From the IMG/VR virus record IMGVR_UViG_3300047457_001340, positions 1 through 61,708 of that record: a stretch of 61,708 nucleotides of DNA, one strand, 5' to 3'. This document shows positions 15,790-25,725 of this stretch, piece after piece. Below the pieces are notes generated by a model. The model was not told the origin of the DNA. It made no database searches and was given only the letters and a program-made list of their open reading frames with translations. The stretch's first letter is position 1; each line of letters opens with the position of its first letter. Position numbers and translations under genes: made by a program. This DNA comes from a virus (Duplodnaviria; Caudoviricetes).

Positions 15790-18764
15790 TGTTTAAACTT
15801 TCCGTGTTTAGCAAAGTGATCAACACTCACCCCCACATGAGACTCGGATGGAGTATGGGTGTCGCCATAGTGGTAGATGTCGCCGTTCATAGTTTGACCG
15901 GGATAAGCATCGCCAAAAATCTGACGAAGCTTCAGGGTGGCTGGGTGCCTCTTATTTGCGATAATGGGGTGAGCAGCGCTAAAGCTTGCGTCTCCGCCGT
16001 GGCCAACAGCAATCCAGCCAGAGTCAAGAGCCGCTGTGGCATTCTCTCCGGTTTTTTCGGCAATCCAATCCATGTGAGACTCATTGGGCTTCATTGGGTG
16101 AAAGTCACCCTCTGGAGATACCCAACCGTGAAGCTTTCCAGATTTACCATCGAAGATGTGCTTATTAAGCTTATTAGTAATTTCTTGAGCCTTTTTTAGC
16201 TTAGATGGGATGCTCTCATCAAACCAGTCTGCCGGGTTTTCTTTAGGAGCTTCTTTCTTGCCGCCCTCAATCACTTTGATTTGTGATTGAACCTTTTTGT
16301 CAGCTTTCTTCTGCTGAAGGCGCTTTAATTGAGCCTCACCCTCTTCTTGGGAAATCTCCACGCCCGTATCTGGGTTATGCCAATTATTGTCGGCAAAACG
16401 CTCCAGCTGAGATTGGGTCATGTTCTTGTGGGGAGACTTGACCTTTTCAAGCTCCTCGCTCTTGTTCATTTGTCCGCTGAGCTTGTTAAACTTCTGAACA
16501 TAGGGGTGGGAGTCGATCTGTTCTTGGGTCGCATTCTTGGCGGCTGTAATGCCATTGCGCCAAGCGTAGGCCATTCTAGGCTTATCGCCACCAAACACAT
16601 GATGTAGCCTGTCCCAGTGGTGATTAGCTATGTCCGCCTCGATGCTGGGGTTATTATTGAGGTGTTGCGTGATCTGGTCACTGGACATGGAAAGGATGTT
16701 TGAGTGTCTCTCCATGAGCTTTGGGTTTTTCTTAATAGCCTCTTTCACCGTAATGGGCATAAGTCCAGTAGAGCCTGCTGCTGTATCTCCAGCATTCAGG
16801 CCTACGGTCGTCTTCTGATGCTTCTTATTTTTTCCGTCAGACGACTCAATAGAGGCAATGTGCCTGAGACTGCCTTTTAGCTCTACCTTGGGGGACACAC
16901 GGGCGGGAACCACGCCTGCACTGGGTGAGGTTGGGGTGGCCATGGCGGTGGCAGATAAGATGGCTAGACCCGCTGCAGCATCCTTCAATGCCCCCTTATC
17001 TAGCTCACTCTTGTCTATATTGGCACTCTTGATCTTGCCGTATTTGGCAAATGTATTGGTGTCGGCTTCATGGAATTGCCAATTATCACCCTGCTCCGGC
17101 TTAATAGTGACACCAAAGGTGGGGCCCCAATGTTTGTGAGCAAGCTCCCTCAGCTTTAGGGTTGCTGGGTGCCTTCTGTTGCCAATAACAGCGTGGTGGC
17201 CAGAAGCCTCTTCCATTCCGGCATGGCCAACCGATATCCACCCCTGATCATAAGCATCCGAAATGGAGCTGATACCATGGCCATTGCGTATAACATCCAA
17301 ATGGTCCTCATGGGGCTGCATGTGGATGTAATCGCCTTCCGGCGTAATCCACCCATGAACCTTGGCGGGAGTGCCTAAGTGGTAATCAACTTTGTCTAGC
17401 GATTCGGGTTTGACCGCCTGCCTTCTGGCAAGCTCCGTCTTTTTATGCTCTATCTCTTTGGGGTCCACGAAATATGAGCGCGGCGGTTTTGAATACTCTT
17501 CAATCTGATCGGCCAACATGGTGGTTGGAGTAGAGGCTGTGTAATCTTTAATTCCATGTTTCTCATATAGGTTTCTAAGATGTATTTTAAGGTCCTGATT
17601 ATCAAATAAATCCAGAGTAGATGAGGCGCGGCTTCTTTTAGCAAATCCGCCCATATCCATGATTTTGAGTTCGCCCTTTGCATTTCTTCCTAATTGAATG
17701 TTATCAATGGGTTTATGCCCGGCAACAAATGCATCATGAAGGCTTTCTCTGACATGAGCAAGCTCGTGCTCGTTTAATTCTCCGTCTTTAATGGGGGTGA
17801 GAGATTCTCTAGCCAGATAAAGCTTATCCCCTTTTCTCCAAGTCCCGTGATGTTTGGGAGTGAGGGGATTTCCTGCCATGCCGGTGATGGCATCGTGCTC
17901 ACTCATGATGTCTCCGCGAGCTTCAGCCGGGGTTTTCTTGGGATTAAACTTGTTATATGGGGTAGTTTTGGAAACCTTTACAACTACATCTGGGGTGGCC
18001 TGATAAACATGGCCCTGATGTCCACTTCCTAAGTATTTCCAATCGTGAGTCTGAAATAATGGAGTTCCCCAATCAGCGCCTTTCTCAAGCTCTTCGGACT
18101 TGCCGAATTTGCGGTTGGGCTGGTTCCAGAAAGCCTCGCCATCTGGCTCCTGTATATCAGAGCGGATTATCTTTAACCCGCTTTTCTTCTCGGCTAACAC
18201 ATACATAGCCGATCCAAGCCCCTTCCGTTGATGCTCTTCGTCTACCCACACGGAGAAATTGCCAGTACCATCTATGGGGTGTAGCGCAGAGCCCTTTTCT
18301 CTAAAAAGAGCCTCTCCGACCTCATTGCCATTTGAGTCATGGGCTGATAGGCTGTGTATTTTCTTTCCTTCTCCTGAATCATCCTTCCAAGAGCGGTAGT
18401 AAATTTTATACCCCTCCTTCTTCCAATCCCCATTCTTGCCCTTGTCGAGGTCCTCGGCCTTATTCAAAAGGCCTGAGGCCTTCATGGACTCAACGACTTG
18501 GTCCATCACCTCTTTGGTAGGCTCAGCTCCCATAGCCTGCATGACAGCCTTAAAGCGGTCAGCCTTATTTGGAATCTGAGAGACCTGCTGAACCAGCTCA
18601 GGTGGGAGCTTCTCTGCTTTAGGGTCTAAGATCTGAACTAGGGCTGAGACCTGAGAAAACGTAGCGGGGTCCTCAAGGTCCGATTCCTTGAGGTTTGCGG
18701 CTAGGTTTATAAGCAGTTCTACAAGCTCGTTTTGGGGGATGGGCATGTCCCTATTATCCCCCAA
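15786..18764 (-). CDS. Polyprotein: GNAT + kinase-like + GWxxPxG + SLT + small domain + GWxxPxG
   Basis: VDEEHQRKGLGSAMY; YLGSGHQGHVY/VVVK/IMDMG; IASIES/GLMP; domains separated by KSEELEK-type linkers. Confidence 0.8.
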   Translation of the reverse strand: MGDNRDMPIPQNELVELLINLAANLKESDLEDPATFSQVSALVQILDPKAEKLPPELVQQVSQIPNKADRFKAVMQAMGAEPTKEVMDQVVESMKASGLLNKAEDLDKGKNGDWKKEGYKIYYRSWKDDSGEGKKIHSLSAHDSNGNEVGEALFREKGSALHPIDGTGNFSVWVDEEHQRKGLGSAMYVLAEKKSGLKIIRSDIQEPDGEAFWNQPNRKFGKSEELEKGADWGTPLFQTHDWKYLGSGHQGHVYQATPDVVVKVSKTTPYNKFNPKKTPAEARGDIMSEHDAITGMAGNPLTPKHHGTWRKGDKLYLARESLTPIKDGELNEHELAHVRESLHDAFVAGHKPIDNIQLGRNAKGELKIMDMGGFAKRSRASSTLDLFDNQDLKIHLRNLYEKHGIKDYTASTPTTMLADQIEEYSKPPRSYFVDPKEIEHKKTELARRQAVKPESLDKVDYHLGTPAKVHGWITPEGDYIHMQPHEDHLDVIRNGHGISSISDAYDQGWISVGHAGMEEASGHHAVIGNRRHPATLKLRELAHKHWGPTFGVTIKPEQGDNWQFHEADTNTFAKYGKIKSANIDKSELDKGALKDAAAGLAILSATAMATPTSPSAGVVPARVSPKVELKGSLRHIASIESSDGKNKKHQKTTVGLNAGDTAAGSTGLMPITVKEAIKKNPKLMERHSNILSMSSDQITQHLNNNPSIEADIANHHWDRLHHVFGGDKPRMAYAWRNGITAAKNATQEQIDSHPYVQKFNKLSGQMNKSEELEKVKSPHKNMTQSQLERFADNNWHNPDTGVEISQEEGEAQLKRLQQKKADKKVQSQIKVIEGGKKEAPKENPADWFDESIPSKLKKAQEITNKLNKHIFDGKSGKLHGWVSPEGDFHPMKPNESHMDWIAEKTGENATAALDSGWIAVGHGGDASFSAAHPIIANKRHPATLKLRQIFGDAYPGQTMNGDIYHYGDTHTPSESHVGVSVDHFAKHGKFKQ

Positions 18765-18769
18765 AAACC

Positions 18770-19015
18770 TTAAGTTTTAACGCTAAGGTCCGAAATTCCT
18801 TCGGGAAGTAGTCCACCAAACAGCGCTACTTTTAAGACTTGTTCCGCGATCTCATTGATATTATTGGGAGCCGTGGGGTAGTCAAAAAGGACCCTGCCCT
18901 GATGGCCATCGTGCTCAAAGTGGACTGTAACCTTAAGACCTTTAAAGAGTTTTCCCCCACCCGGATAATCATCAAACCGCTCTTCGTACCCAATCCCCTT
19001 AATCAAAGAATTCAT
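18770..19015 (-). CDS. Hypothetical protein
   Basis: 81-aa ORF with GGAGG RBS. Confidence 0.6.
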   Translation of the reverse strand: MNSLIKGIGYEERFDDYPGGGKLFKGLKVTVHFEHDGHQGRVLFDYPTAPNNINEIAEQVLKVALFGGLLPEGISDLSVKT

Positions 19016-19193
19016 TGATTTTAACCTCCGTAGTCATTCCTAAGAACATTTGCAAAGAGTTTATGGCCACCTTTGTCATGGGTATGATATAAAAAACCAC
19101 AAACAATATGGCCACTATGGCTCCTGCAGAAAGTAACATTGTAAACATCAGGTTCTTAAATAGCCGAACTGTTTGTTTTACAACCTTACTCAT
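18999..19193 (-). CDS. Small membrane protein
   Basis: Single TM; probable start MSKVVKQ. Confidence 0.5.
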   Translation of the reverse strand: MSKVVKQTVRLFKNLMFTMLLSAGAIVAILFVVFYIIPMTKVAINSLQMFLGMTTEVKINEFFD

Positions 19194-19248
19194 CCAAAGA
19201 GTTATACCAAAATGCTCACCTACTTTATATGGGCTTGAATTCATTGTA

Positions 19249-21267
19249 CTATTCCAATTGGCTATTGCCTGATTTATAAGTGATCTTGATGATATTCGAG
19301 AAGGCTGCTTTAAACTCTGAGGAGTGGTCGATAACAAACACCGGACGGGTTACCGCCGCTTCTTCTAAGAGCTTCATTGCTTCGGTTTTACCCATCACAT
19401 CAAGGCCATCGAGAGCCTCATCAAGGAATAAGGGGCTGTCCTCGTTAACGGCTTCGGCAATGGCCACATCATAAGCAAGCATGGTCATGCGGCGTGCCCC
19501 GCCTGACAGGTCGTCTTGGGGGACTTCTTGGCCGCCCTTAACAATAACGGGCCTCAGAATCAGCTTCTGCTGACCCTTTACGTCCTCACCCACCTGATCA
19601 ACACGGGTGGAGTAGATGCCATCAGTCATGATAGACAGTAGGTGGCCTGCTCTTGCTCCAATTCTTTCGATCAAGCCATTAAAGCAAATGGACCTAAAGC
19701 CTTTTGGCCCAAAGAATTCTATAAGATCTAAGGCCTCACTGAGGTCTGATTCTAGGTCACGAAGGGAGTCTTGTTGCGCCTTAACCTTCTTCTTAAGGTC
19801 CTTCTCTCTGTGTTCAAGCCTATCGATAGACTCTGTACTCATCGTGCGGCGAGACTCAAGAACCCTAATCTGAGATTCGATCTCAGTTTTTTTGGTCGAT
19901 GCTGCGGCAAGTCTCTTCTCTTTGCCTGTCTTAAGTGTTGACACCTTAGACTCATAGTCGATTTGCAGGCTCTTGATGTCAGCATCGACAGACTTAAACT
20001 TGGCTGTGAGGGTCTGAACATCAGCTTTAATCTGATTGGGGGCGGCTTCTACCTGCGCCTTTCTCTCTGCTAATGCTACCTTGGCTTTTAGGAGTGAGTC
20101 TTCAAATGGCTTGATATCGATCTCATCTGGGACATCGATGAGATCTTGGGACAAAAGATTTGCCTGATTAATGTGCTTCTGTATTTCCGCTTCACGGTCC
20201 CAAGTGGGGAGGCTCTGTCCGCATGAGTGACATTTGCCGTCAGCCATGTTGTCGATGGCATCCAGCTCTTTTTGAATCTTTTGCTTGGTTTTTTGGTTCT
20301 TAAATTCAAGAGAAAGGCGTTCTTGGTTTTGTTTCTTAGCAATATCAAGGGCCTTCTGAGCTTGACCAATGGCAATCTCATAGTCTGGCTCAACCCGTGG
20401 GGCCGAATCAAGTGAGGCCTCAAGCTTTTTAATTTGATCAAATAGATTGTGTTTTTCTTTTTTTAGTGACTCTTGGGCAGATTTATTGTAGTCCTCCAGC
20501 TCACCGAGGCTCCTCTGAAAATCCTCCTCTATGACTAAAGCCTCGGCATCTGCAGACAAAGTGGCCTCTTGAAGACCAGCCTCTTGGTTTTTAAGCTCTT
20601 CCTCGATTTTGAAGGCTTGCGAGGTGAGGGAAGCCATTTCGTTGGGGATTTCATTCAGTTGCTCTAGTAGTATGGACAGTCCTCCCGTCTGCTTGTCCAT
20701 GCTAGACTGAATGGAATCCCTTCTTGTCTTTGCAAGCGAAAGCCCCTTGTCCAACTCATCCAAGCCCGCCACAACAGACAAAAGCTGCGTGCGCTCGGTG
20801 TCACTCATAGTGAAAAAGGACGCTGTGCGGTCTTGGGAGATGTAGACCGACAGGAGAAACTGCTGTGGGGTCATGCCAACTAGCTGCTCAATCCTGCCAT
20901 CCAGATCTGAGGTCTTGCCGTGGATTTGTTCCCCATCTACCGTCACGGCAAGCTTGTTGGGCCTCGATCTTGTCACTACAACGGTCTTGCCTTGGTTTTC
21001 AAAAGTGAGTTTTACGGTGCAACTAGACTCCCCTCTTTTGATAACAGCGTCCACAGGGGCACCCTTGGGGCCACCCCACTTTGGCAGGTATCCATAAAGA
21101 GCCCAAGCAATACTGTCAAGTATTGTGGACTTTCCCACCATGTTGCTTCTGCCATTCTCCAGATTGACTCCGTCAATAAGGGTGAGGCCTCTTTGTGGTA
21201 GGCTCCAGTCTAGGGAGCTATAGGAGCGGAAATTGGTGGCTTGGACAGAGCGGATTCTCATGTCCAC
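19249..21267 (-). CDS. sbcC: SbcC/Rad50/gp46-like recombination ATPase
   Basis: SNMVGKST Walker A, CHSC zinc hook, LSGG signature, [13 protein letters not shown]. Confidence 0.92.
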   Translation of the reverse strand: MDMRIRSVQATNFRSYSSLDWSLPQRGLTLIDGVNLENGRSNMVGKSTILDSIAWALYGYLPKWGGPKGAPVDAVIKRGESSCTVKLTFENQGKTVVVTRSRPNKLAVTVDGEQIHGKTSDLDGRIEQLVGMTPQQFLLSVYISQDRTASFFTMSDTERTQLLSVVAGLDELDKGLSLAKTRRDSIQSSMDKQTGGLSILLEQLNEIPNEMASLTSQAFKIEEELKNQEAGLQEATLSADAEALVIEEDFQRSLGELEDYNKSAQESLKKEKHNLFDQIKKLEASLDSAPRVEPDYEIAIGQAQKALDIAKKQNQERLSLEFKNQKTKQKIQKELDAIDNMADGKCHSCGQSLPTWDREAEIQKHINQANLLSQDLIDVPDEIDIKPFEDSLLKAKVALAERKAQVEAAPNQIKADVQTLTAKFKSVDADIKSLQIDYESKVSTLKTGKEKRLAAASTKKTEIESQIRVLESRRTMSTESIDRLEHREKDLKKKVKAQQDSLRDLESDLSEALDLIEFFGPKGFRSICFNGLIERIGARAGHLLSIMTDGIYSTRVDQVGEDVKGQQKLILRPVIVKGGQEVPQDDLSGGARRMTMLAYDVAIAEAVNEDSPLFLDEALDGLDVMGKTEAMKLLEEAAVTRPVFVIDHSSEFKAAFSNIIKITYKSGNSQLE

Positions 21268-21893
21268 CCCAGTGCTTTTGCTATGGTGGGAAACTGATCT
21301 TTCATAATATCTTTTACCAAAAGAGCAATTTCCCTGTGTTCCTTTTGAGTTGAGGCATCTGTCCTTACATCAACATAGTGGATGAAGGACCGTATGGTGC
21401 CGTGCATATAGAGTCTGGTTTGGGTACTGAGCGGAAGAAGGAACCGTGCGCACTCCTTAGCGATGCCCTTGGAAATAGCTTCTTGATACAACTTGCTTGA
21501 TAGGGCGACGACATCGCCCTGAGCCTGATCAAACCAAGCCTTAATGTCCTCTGGCAAATCATCCGTACTGTTTTGCTTGTTCTTGAGGTCCTGCCTTCTT
21601 GCCTCGCAAGAGATAAAGACCTGAACCTCTGAGTATCTTTGGCTAAACTCTTGAAAATTAAAGCTTTTGTGCCTTAAAATCTGAGCGGCTATCGCTCTTG
21701 TTGTATTGATTTCAACACACATCGTGGCCATCTCAAATGGCGACCAGTGTTTGTGCTTGATCAAATACTTAATTAACTTTTCAAATTCAGGGTTTTCTTG
21801 ATTACTACTACTCACCCTAGCGCAGTACGCTATTGTGGCTTCTGTATTTGGGGTGACATGAATGAGCTTCACTGACACTTTCAATTCCTCCAA
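21258..21893 (-). CDS. thyX: FAD-dependent thymidylate synthase
   Basis: [37 protein letters not shown]. Confidence 0.97.
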   Translation of the reverse strand: MEELKVSVKLIHVTPNTEATIAYCARVSSSNQENPEFEKLIKYLIKHKHWSPFEMATMCVEINTTRAIAAQILRHKSFNFQEFSQRYSEVQVFISCEARRQDLKNKQNSTDDLPEDIKAWFDQAQGDVVALSSKLYQEAISKGIAKECARFLLPLSTQTRLYMHGTIRSFIHYVDVRTDASTQKEHREIALLVKDIMKDQFPTIAKALGWT

Positions 21894-21898
21894 ATTAA

Positions 21899-22174
21899 CT
21901 ATACGGGATTAGACCAGCTTACTCGAACAAACCCCTCATACTCCCCAACGTCATAGGAGACGGAATAGCCTAAGTCCTCAAAATGATTCTTGATCTCATT
22001 CAAAACAAATGATTTTGGGCGGGCCTTCTTAATAAAGATGGCGGCATAATACTTGCCCTTTCTGGCCTGCTTTTTGATTCTATATTCCAGTGCGGCAATC
22101 AGCCTAACCTGAATCGGCTTTTTGCTTTTGATGTTAAACTCATTTGCTATTGCTAGGGCGTCTTTTGCGTGCAT
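21899..22174 (-). CDS. Hypothetical protein
   Basis: 91-aa basic ORF ending LGY.V...VSW. Confidence 0.55.
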   Translation of the reverse strand: MHAKDALAIANEFNIKSKKPIQVRLIAALEYRIKKQARKGKYYAAIFIKKARPKSFVLNEIKNHFEDLGYSVSYDVGEYEGFVRVSWSNPV

Positions 22175-22697
22175 TTTTGCTTCCTTTCACTAAAATCTCA
22201 TAAAGGCTTCTAGGCTCAAATTTCATCTCTATGCTGACGCTGAGGAGCTTTGCGATCTCCTCCACCTTCTCCTCGGTATCCGCCTCAACCTCAAGATAAA
22301 GCTGACTGTATCCTTCAATAAAGTATAAGGAAATGCTTGTGTGCTCATCAGTGTGGATGCTGTAATAGTGTTTGACAATTCTTTTTACAGGTTCGCCATG
22401 AAGCCTTGTTAAAAACAATAGGGCTTGGTCGGGTTCACTTGTCGGAACATCAATCTCCACCCGGTTGAAATTGGACCTTTGGTCCTTATGTTTAATTGTG
22501 AGTTGTCCATCTCCCTCGGGCATGAATCTCAGACGGATGAAGTCGGCATTCTTTGACTTGCTGTGCCAGTAATAGTCAGCACTTACCCCTGTGGTTTCTT
22601 TTTGTGATGGGAAGAGCTGAAAAAGAGCAATTATGGCTTCGCTTATGGAGCAATTTATAATGAACTTTTTCTCGATCTCCCTGTTCTGAAAGCCCAT
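22140..22697 (-). CDS. CYTH (triphosphate tunnel) domain protein
   Basis: EIEKKF, IRLR, LTIK, RVEI, YLEVE, SLY motifs. Confidence 0.85.
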   Translation of the reverse strand: MGFQNREIEKKFIINCSISEAIIALFQLFPSQKETTGVSADYYWHSKSKNADFIRLRFMPEGDGQLTIKHKDQRSNFNRVEIDVPTSEPDQALLFLTRLHGEPVKRIVKHYYSIHTDEHTSISLYFIEGYSQLYLEVEADTEEKVEEIAKLLSVSIEMKFEPRSLYEILVKGSKNARKRRPSNSK

Positions 22698-22906
22698 TAT
22701 TCACTCCGGTGGGCATTGTAGAACCGGGAGAAATCAAATGCTGCCATCAGTGCTGCAAGAAGTAGGATTGCGCCAAACAGACCTGCCCCAAGCTTAAAGA
22801 AAAACACGCCCAAAGCCACATCAGTTACTGCTAGGGCCAGGGAGTTGGCCATACCTCTCATCATTAAGTCTTTATCACTCATCTTCGCTCTTCTCCTTTT
22901 CTTCAT
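22697..22906 (-). CDS. Small two-TM membrane protein
   Basis: Two hydrophobic segments. Confidence 0.5.
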   Translation of the reverse strand: MKKRRRAKMSDKDLMMRGMANSLALAVTDVALGVFFFKLGAGLFGAILLLAALMAAFDFSRFYNAHRSE

Positions 22907-23072
22907 GGGCTCTGATGGCCTCCATTGGCATCAGATAAAAGAACCAGACAATGAGGCCTGTCAGGATGGAAAGAAAGGTTCGTTGGCCTTCTTGCAACTC
23001 GAATGCGTCTGCGATGGCCGAAACCCCGACAGACATAAGAGCAATCATGATAAAAGATTTCAAATAATTCAT
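22875..23072 (-). CDS. Small two-TM membrane protein
   Basis: Two hydrophobic segments. Confidence 0.5.
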   Translation of the reverse strand: MNYLKSFIMIALMSVGVSAIADAFELQEGQRTFLSILTGLIVWFFYLMPMEAIRAHEEKEKSEDE

Positions 23073-23075
23073 AGA

Positions 23076-25661
23076 TTAACCCGAAGCCTGAGCAGGCTCC
23101 TCCTCCTTATCGTCTACCCGGCCTGCTGGACCCATCTCAAGATCTGAGAGTTCCATCTGCTGTGGCTCTCCACGGGGGCCGGGAAACTGTGTATAAACAA
23201 TACAACGATTGTAGTCGGTGACACATTCAACAGCCACTGGACAGCGGCCATTTCGCACCTTGTCTAACAAGAAGACGATTCTGTTTTTCTTGGCATCATC
23301 CTCGGAGCGGTTAATCGTGATGACATTGGAGGCCTTCCTGACAATCCCAAAGCTTTCAGCCACATCGGACATCCTGAGGTAGTCGGTGCCTTTTTTAGAG
23401 AGCTGGTGTCCAAGACGGTTCACTTGAGCCCCACCAGCACCTGCCACATTCAGCTCTAAACAAAGCTGCTTCAGCTCTGAATAGACAAACTCTTGAAGGA
23501 GTCGGGTGTTGTCGAGGGACTTGAATCTTGAGGTGGTCAAGCATTGGCCGTAATCACACAAGAAAAGCTCGAAGGGCCACTCTTTATGGAGCATTCTAGC
23601 CGCCTGCTGCACCTGCTCCACGGTAGCTTCGTGGCTGTACATGTACCTGATCTTAACGTTCTCTTTTAGAAGCTCGTCGGCAATCTTTAGGGCTTCCTTC
23701 TCGTCTTGATTGAGCAGGGTGTATGGGGCCATAAGCTTGGTGAAGGGGACGCCGCTGAAGCGGGATAGGAACCTCAGTTTGGTGGGAAGCTCTTCGTCCT
23801 CATGGACGGTTAGAAACACCTTTTTGCCTGCATTGACTGCAAAGTAGGCCAGATTGGGCATGAGCATGCTGTTGTGTGTTAAGATACCGTTGGCAACGAA
23901 AAGGTTGTCTCCGTCTACCGATAGGTCAAATGTTTCTTGTTCTCCGACATATTCAATTGAAACAACCTCATCTCTATGAAATGAATCGTCAAAATTAAGC
24001 CCATCAGATTCCGCTGTATTGGCAAGAATCCTCCACAAACCTGAGTTGGGGCGCTTTTTTTGGAGCTTTTTCTTTGTTTCAGATGGCAGCAGGTTAGAGG
24101 CTTCGTCGGAGTAATACACCCACTCCCCACCAAGCTTAGAATTTTCTCTACCCACAGCTTTTTCAAGACGACCGTCGCCCCATTTATCCGTCAAACTAAG
24201 TTCTTTTATAAGCCTTCTTGATGACCTTCCGGTTACAAAGATTGAATATACCCCATAGTTTTCCAATGTTCTGTTTTTAAGTTTGACTGTTTTGTGCGAT
24301 GATTTAACATTGGACACATATCCAAGACGCAATAACACTTGTTGAAGGTATCGAACTTGGTGTTCATAATGAAGCGATAAAACTACAGACGACCCCCTCT
24401 TATCCACTGTTCCATCTGCATCCATAATACCAGCAATATAAGCTGCTGCAGATTCCTTGGACCAAGATAAAACATCAATCAAACATTTGTTTTCTTTGGT
24501 TCCTGTCCTAAGACCAAACGCTTCTAGCTGATCTGCAATAAAAGCATTAGCCCAAATAGACTCGCCATTATCGCCCTTTTTGTGCGTTCTTGGATTGTTG
24601 AGTCCCATATTTCCAAGAACTCTTAATAACTTATTTTTCACCGAACTATCTTTATGAATAGCCCAACTGAGATATCGAGTGTTGAAACTATTTTTAAAGT
24701 AGCTGCCGTCGCCAAAAGTAAATCCCAATAACCAAGCGATGTCATTGGGTATTTTTTTTGTTCCAATCCAGTTATCAATGGGAACAACTACAGGATCTCC
24801 AACGCTAATGTCCCTAAGTTGTTTTTGCTCTATTCCATCTCCGCTATCCAGCGCGTGTATGTGATCAAGTGTTGAATCAATATACAGGCCACTGCTGAGT
24901 GTCATACGGTAAAGTGGTTTAATGCCATTTCTATGAACAGCAAGAATCTTTCTTTTCGCGTTGTAGCCAACAACATAATTATGTTGAGATAGCGTTATAT
25001 CCTTAATTTTAACCAAACCCTTATCAGTAGGGACCAACGAATCCCCGCCTAAGCATTTTCCCGTATTCGACCCCCCAAGAAAAGTGGTCCAAGTCTGCGG
25101 GAAAAGTCCGCCGTTCATGGCGGCATCGATTGCGGCAATGCCCGTTGGGATTGCATTTTGAGCCTGAGCAGAGGCCAAATCGATCATGGAGACATGGTCC
25201 CCGAAGGAGGCGACCTTTTCCTTCTCAAAGTCTACCTTGGAGATGAGGTCGAGGTGTTTCTTGGTGATTTCATAAGCATGCTCCCGGTTGCCTGAGTTGT
25301 AGAGTGGGGCTGCCTCTTTGTAGGCTAAGATAAAGAGGCTTGCTCGAATGAAGCCCGTCAGCTCTTTTTTAAGGTAGTTCTCATCCGGTTCACTCTCTTG
25401 GATCTTCTTAAACTCGGCATAATACTTGGAGGCGTCCGTTGCTCCTTGTTTATTGATCTCGTTGGAGAGTGCCGATCGGGTAGGAAGGCTGTTGTGCTCT
25501 GTGTATAAGTCCTTAAATTTACGAAAGAACCACCGCAGCTCTTGAGAGAAGTAGCCCTCTTCTAAGTAGGCCACGCACCGGGCGGCAAAGCGTTCGTCCT
25601 GTAACATCTGCTTAATAACCTGACGCTGGAAGTCTAGACCAAATTTTTCATTGCCGCTCAT
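23076..25661 (-). CDS. DnaB-like replicative helicase with intein
   Basis: IPTGI..ID...GG, Walker A GGSNTGK|S, CDY, AQVNR, AES, KVRNG. Confidence 0.92.
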   Translation of the reverse strand: MSGNEKFGLDFQRQVIKQMLQDERFAARCVAYLEEGYFSQELRWFFRKFKDLYTEHNSLPTRSALSNEINKQGATDASKYYAEFKKIQESEPDENYLKKELTGFIRASLFILAYKEAAPLYNSGNREHAYEITKKHLDLISKVDFEKEKVASFGDHVSMIDLASAQAQNAIPTGIAAIDAAMNGGLFPQTWTTFLGGSNTGKCLGGDSLVPTDKGLVKIKDITLSQHNYVVGYNAKRKILAVHRNGIKPLYRMTLSSGLYIDSTLDHIHALDSGDGIEQKQLRDISVGDPVVVPIDNWIGTKKIPNDIAWLLGFTFGDGSYFKNSFNTRYLSWAIHKDSSVKNKLLRVLGNMGLNNPRTHKKGDNGESIWANAFIADQLEAFGLRTGTKENKCLIDVLSWSKESAAAYIAGIMDADGTVDKRGSSVVLSLHYEHQVRYLQQVLLRLGYVSNVKSSHKTVKLKNRTLENYGVYSIFVTGRSSRRLIKELSLTDKWGDGRLEKAVGRENSKLGGEWVYYSDEASNLLPSETKKKLQKKRPNSGLWRILANTAESDGLNFDDSFHRDEVVSIEYVGEQETFDLSVDGDNLFVANGILTHNSMLMPNLAYFAVNAGKKVFLTVHEDEELPTKLRFLSRFSGVPFTKLMAPYTLLNQDEKEALKIADELLKENVKIRYMYSHEATVEQVQQAARMLHKEWPFELFLCDYGQCLTTSRFKSLDNTRLLQEFVYSELKQLCLELNVAGAGGAQVNRLGHQLSKKGTDYLRMSDVAESFGIVRKASNVITINRSEDDAKKNRIVFLLDKVRNGRCPVAVECVTDYNRCIVYTQFPGPRGEPQQMELSDLEMGPAGRVDDKEEEPAQASG
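23871..25055 (-). mobile_element. Intein with LAGLIDADG endonuclease in the helicase Walker A
   Basis: CLGGDS...GILTHN|S; LLGFTFGDG and IAGIMDADG; AT-richer than the flanks. Confidence 0.93.
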
Positions 25662-25725
25662 ATACTGGAGTTATACGGAATCAAGATTTACATTTTTCTT
25701 GTTGCATCTGATATAAAATAGCTGT

